A stretch of 64,000 nt of DNA. Origin: Mesotaenium endlicherianum. Lineage: Eukaryota. A program made the translations under genes and the position numbers. Positions 60,247 through 64,000 of the stretch are shown here, piece after piece. The stretch is taken from NCBI GenBank assembly GCA_009602735.1, contig WELA01002297.1:1-64000 (forward strand). Reading direction: 5' to 3'. The notes under the pieces are model-generated. The model did no database searches and was not told where the DNA came from. It was given only the letters and a program-made list of their open reading frames with translations. How positions within the stretch are numbered: position 1 is the stretch's first letter; each line of letters begins with the position of its first letter.

Positions 60247-61923
60247 ATGGCGCCCACCACACAAAAGGAGGACAGAAAGCGCAAGGCAGAAGAAGCCAGG
60301 AGGACAATGGAGCAATACCAGAAGGAGCTGGCGGCGACGTCCCTCACCAGGAGAGAACAAGAAAGGGTCCGCAAACAACAAGAGGCGGCAGAAGAGGCAC
60401 AGAGGAAGAAGGATCAGGAAGCGGAAAACCTCAGGAAGGCTGAGGAGGAGAGACAGAAGAAACAGCAAGAAGAAGCGGCAGCGGCAGAAGAGGAGAAAAG
60501 AAAAAAGATTGAAGCGGACAGACAGAAGAGCTTGGCCACTTACAGGTATATTGTGGTGGGTGGCCAAAACTTCGATAACCTGAAGGAAGCATTGCTGGCA
60601 GCCCAGGAGATCAACAGGCTGGAACAGACAACACTGCTACAGAAGGAAGGAGCTACAGCACTGGACAGGTACATCGAGACACACACCGGCGTGGTCCTTT
60701 ACGAAGATTATGCTAAGATGGTGGGCTATACAGCAGAGCAGGCCCGGTATCTCGCAGATGATTCAGAGGACAAGCCGGTCCCCATACCGGGAATAGTGGG
60801 AGATCAGAGACTCATCCGGATGGTGAGCATGCGGCCCGATAGCTTTAAGGATACGGTATTCTATCTCACAATCCTACCAGCTTACAATGAAGTTGAGAGA
60901 AGGAGCTGGGAGTACTTGGCCAGGGAAGCAGGACAACAGATGTTCTCTCCCCACTGGTTCCCGTGTAAACTGAGGAAGGCTGAGCACGGACCCCAGTACT
61001 ACCAGCAGCCAACAGACTGGAGGTGGATGACCGTCACAAATAAGAAGCAGGAGTGTGACCGAGCCCAACCGGATGACTTCCACTATGGCCTAGACGGCTA
61101 TCTCATCCTACCACCTCACATTGCCCCTTGGGACCCCAGGCTGAATGGATGCCTGAGCAATATGAATGCAGAGACCAAGGAACATAGGAGGAGGGGAAGA
61201 GACTACTTCTCTAAGGGAAAGCATGCCTTTGTCAAATGGGCAAAGAATGCAGGCCGGATAGATATCAGTAGGCTGAAGGCCAAGCAACCTCCAGCGCGCC
61301 CTAAGAAAGGGAGGTCGGTAGACTACTCCATGTCTACTAGGGAGCAGGACGACTTAGTGGACGAGACCCCTACTCTCTCCGAGGAGGAGGATGAGGAGGA
61401 TGAGGAAGAAGAACAAGGCAGAGGAGAAGCATCAGCAGCAGGTACTCAGGATACCCAGGGACAGGCAGTGGCACTTCCTAAAGAACCACGATCAGGTGTG
61501 TGGAATGTGATCCCCGTTATGGCGACAACTGGACCCCGCGCTCGCTCCCCCAGCCCACCTGCCCAAGCAGGGGAAGAAGCTGATCTGACTGTACTGGGCA
61601 GCAGACACAGACAGAAATCCCCAGAGGACAGGGGTGCCAGAAGAGGGACACGCGGGTGGGCCAGAGGTATGCCAGCCTCCCCCTCCGCTCAGGGGCATGT
61701 ACCTCTAGCCAATGTATTTCAGCATCCTACTGGAATGCCTGTCTATGTGGGAATCAACACCCAAATAGTTGAAGAGCAGGCCACCATCCTCCGTTCTCCT
61801 CGAGGGCCAACTTTAGAGCAAACAGGGTTCTTTAGAAGGCCAGCTGACAGACCTAGAGGGCTGTCCAGATCTAGGTCCAGATCTCCGTCCCCTGATCCTG
61901 AAGCCCCAGGAACCACCCCTTAA
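60247..61923 (+). CDS. ORF3 variant 1: sense-strand accessory protein of unknown function (~558 aa; coiled coil, aromatic-rich core, acidic tract, RS tail)
   Basis: Long open ORF between pol and PPT; homologues in B1 and B2; ATG directly after a CAG|G acceptor. Confidence 0.85.
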   Translation: MAPTTQKEDRKRKAEEARRTMEQYQKELAATSLTRREQERVRKQQEAAEEAQRKKDQEAENLRKAEEERQKKQQEEAAAAEEEKRKKIEADRQKSLATYRYIVVGGQNFDNLKEALLAAQEINRLEQTTLLQKEGATALDRYIETHTGVVLYEDYAKMVGYTAEQARYLADDSEDKPVPIPGIVGDQRLIRMVSMRPDSFKDTVFYLTILPAYNEVERRSWEYLAREAGQQMFSPHWFPCKLRKAEHGPQYYQQPTDWRWMTVTNKKQECDRAQPDDFHYGLDGYLILPPHIAPWDPRLNGCLSNMNAETKEHRRRGRDYFSKGKHAFVKWAKNAGRIDISRLKAKQPPARPKKGRSVDYSMSTREQDDLVDETPTLSEEEDEEDEEEEQGRGEASAAGTQDTQGQAVALPKEPRSGVWNVIPVMATTGPRARSPSPPAQAGEEADLTVLGSRHRQKSPEDRGARRGTRGWARGMPASPSAQGHVPLANVFQHPTGMPVYVGINTQIVEEQATILRSPRGPTLEQTGFFRRPADRPRGLSRSRSRSPSPDPEAPGTTP

Positions 61924-62782
61924 GGTGACAGGCTGAAAAGATAGTCAGTAAGGGAGGCTGGTCAGGGTCAGTTTCTTTATTTAAAGCTTTTGCAGTTTAA
62001 TGTTGTCGAGGCGACAACAAGTTAAGTTGGAGGGATTGTAATGAATCAGTATATTAGTAGATATAATATTCATTTAAATATAATAGTTAATTTAGTTCAG
62101 CCTGCTGAACTTTAGTTAGTAGTCAGTCTGCTGAACTTTAGTTAATAATCAGTCTGCTGGACTTTACATAATTATCAGTTTAATGACTCGGCCAAAAGCA
62201 GCAGGCTGAAGTCAACTTAAGTCAGCTTGCTGACACATTCTTTGACAGCCAGCTGACTTCCGTACTCGGTAGCAGCGAACTGCCTTGATATGCATCTAAG
62301 TGCGATATGCTAGATGAATGGCCAGATGACATCCCCATGATGGATGGCTATTCGGGATGATGGGAGATGGCGGTGGATTTGGTTAACCGAGGTCCTACCA
62401 ACGTGGTTAACTCCCGGGTAGGCGGTGCCATCGCACTGACCGTTGAACAGTAAACTCATTCCATGTACATATGCTAGGCATTGCTCTCGAGTTCGGCATT
62501 CGGAAACGAGGCCAACTCTCTTGTACAAGCTTACTGAGAGCACTCTGAATCCAAGGCGAGAAGCCATTGATACGCACTGTCTTCTAACCTTGCTTATGTA
62601 TGAGTTTACTGATTTGCATCATTGATGCTAGTTTACTCGCATTTGACTTACGAGTATTATTCCCTGCTAGTGTATTGTCCTTTGCCGTTTTACTAGTTAA
62701 CGAAAGTACCATAAAGATTACTTGCTGATATAAAGATCTTTATTAATTGTTAATCGCCTATTTGGTAAGTCGATTCATTTCA

Positions 62783-64000
62783 GACACCTAGGGATCTGAA
62801 AGAGAGTCCCTTTCAGTTGAGAACGGCATCGGGACAGGTAACCAAGTCGTGTGGAATTACTCGCAAGCCTGTGAAGATCAAGTAAACTCGGAGAAACCTG
62901 AGGAGGCGTCACTATGGATGGAATGCACAGTAACTGATGCAGAGAATTATGATATTCTCCTGGGGACAGAAGCACTGATTCCGTTGGGCATGGTTATTGA
63001 TCTGCGGAAGCAGAAAGTGACCTACCAGCAGACAGATAAGCTGTCAGCTGGAGAGATTCCTGTAAAAATGGTTTATTCAGGAGAAACAGATCAGAAGATG
63101 AAGGACCGCTGCGCCACTACTGACTATCCAGACGCTTACAACATTCATATGATAAGCGAGGAGACGGCCTACACCCGCATGAACATGCCAGCGCCATTGG
63201 TGTGGCAATCCAGAAGTATGAGTCAGCTGGAAACTGTGAGCAACATGGATCGCAGTCCGCAAAATTGCTTCCAGTGCCTTATCCAGTGACAAGCTCGTTG
63301 AACTTGATGCCAGGAGTGGAGCCATTGCCTCAAGCTACTGTTCAAATGGCGAATCCGTTTCGTGAAACTGGAGTGGTGGTGCTGGAGTTATTCGCTAGAT
63401 TGGGATCTGGGACTATGTCTCTGATTCAGCGTGGGATCAAGGTATCTTAAGTCATCCATGTGGACAACGATGACAACGCCTTTGTGGCTTTCAAAACTGC
63501 TATGAAGGAGATGCAAGAGATGTACCATTTCAAGAATTAGGTGCCTCCGCCACAGCACATAGAGCGCATAGCTGGAGAAGATATTCTGGAGGTGAAGCTT
63601 GAGCACTTGTATCTTTACAAGTTTGATTGGATCTTTGCTGGATTCCCTTGTCAGTCTTTTCCTCAAGCTGGCAACAGGAGGAGATTCAATGACCCACGGG
63701 CACAGCATTGGGGAAGAATGGTGGACATCATCGGGCTGCTGCGGGAACGTCAGCGTCGCCATCGACCAGTGTTTGTGATTGAGAACGTGCACGCGGGTCA
63801 TGATTACAGCCAGGAGAGCCATGGCTGATTTTTGATTCGACATTGGGTCATCACGTGCTGATCAATGATGCCAAACATGGAGGGCTATCACACAGGGCCA
63901 GGATATTTTGGACAAATGGCATACCTATGGAGGTGGTGAGAGCCGTGGAGATGATTACCAGGCGCCCACTGGATGCCAAGACCGTGGAGTATGTACTAGG
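62783..64000 (+). pseudogene. Family D copy D2: protease C-terminus followed by a C5 cytosine DNA methyltransferase domain (disrupted; runs off window end)
   Basis: ENYDILLG; motif I VLELFARLG (63379-63405); motif IV IFAGFPCQSF (63631-63660); motif VI FVIENV (63772-63789); motif VIII HRARIFWTN (63891-63917); stops at 63448 and 63538, frameshifts. Confidence 0.85.

Larger units (their letters stand above)
53936..62782 (+). mobile_element. Family B copy B3, gag, pol and ORF3 all open; flanks do not form a TSD
   Basis: LTRs 53936-54681 and 62037-62782 (746 bp each); PBS 54683-54694; PPT 62022-62036; flanks GTTGG / GACAC. Confidence 0.95.

Noticed and set aside
60247..61923. ORF3 as an env gene
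   Set aside because: Env-like position, but no signal peptide or hydrophobic TM segment and a highly charged composition.
63379..63917. DNMT as a bacterial restriction-modification gene or contamination
   Set aside because: Contiguous with a retroviral-type protease in two copies, interrupted by host LTR elements, and no endonuclease or operon context.

Overview
Eukaryotic, intron-containing, repeat-rich genomic DNA with assembly gaps. A green-lineage host, plausibly a streptophyte alga, is an inference from the TE and gene content. About three quarters of the window is nested Ty3/Gypsy LTR retrotransposons. Family A is a chromovirus with 744-bp LTRs: a tandem pair sharing one LTR at 1-7570 and a solo LTR at 48200-48943. 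Family B is a chromovirus with a large extra ORF3 after pol: copies at 11351-20690, 45672-53935 and an ORF-intact copy at 53936-62782, plus a solo LTR near 23177-23952. Element C (21375-25863) is a non-autonomous derivative of A. E is a solo LTR with B-type termini (51756-52859). Two degenerate Gypsy integrases end in a PHD finger and have non-TG/CA ends (7571-9587, 35645-37609). Family D is a degenerate gag-protease retroelement carrying a C5 DNA methyltransferase domain (9588-~26100 interrupted, and 62783-64000). Two convergent multi-exon host genes sit in the middle: a GT90 KDELC/POGLUT2-3-like glycosyltransferase (29548-34062, +) and a membrane-anchored FkbM-type methyltransferase (38078-42960, -). 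Main points of interest: (i) the retroelement-borne DNMT; (ii) ORF3 of unknown function, present as two very divergent variants that share an upstream splice signal and sit between duplicated PPTs; (iii) a kissing-loop-like hairpin cluster kept intact in non-autonomous C; (iv) similar -1 frameshift cassettes in A and B. All calls were made by eye, with no database searches.
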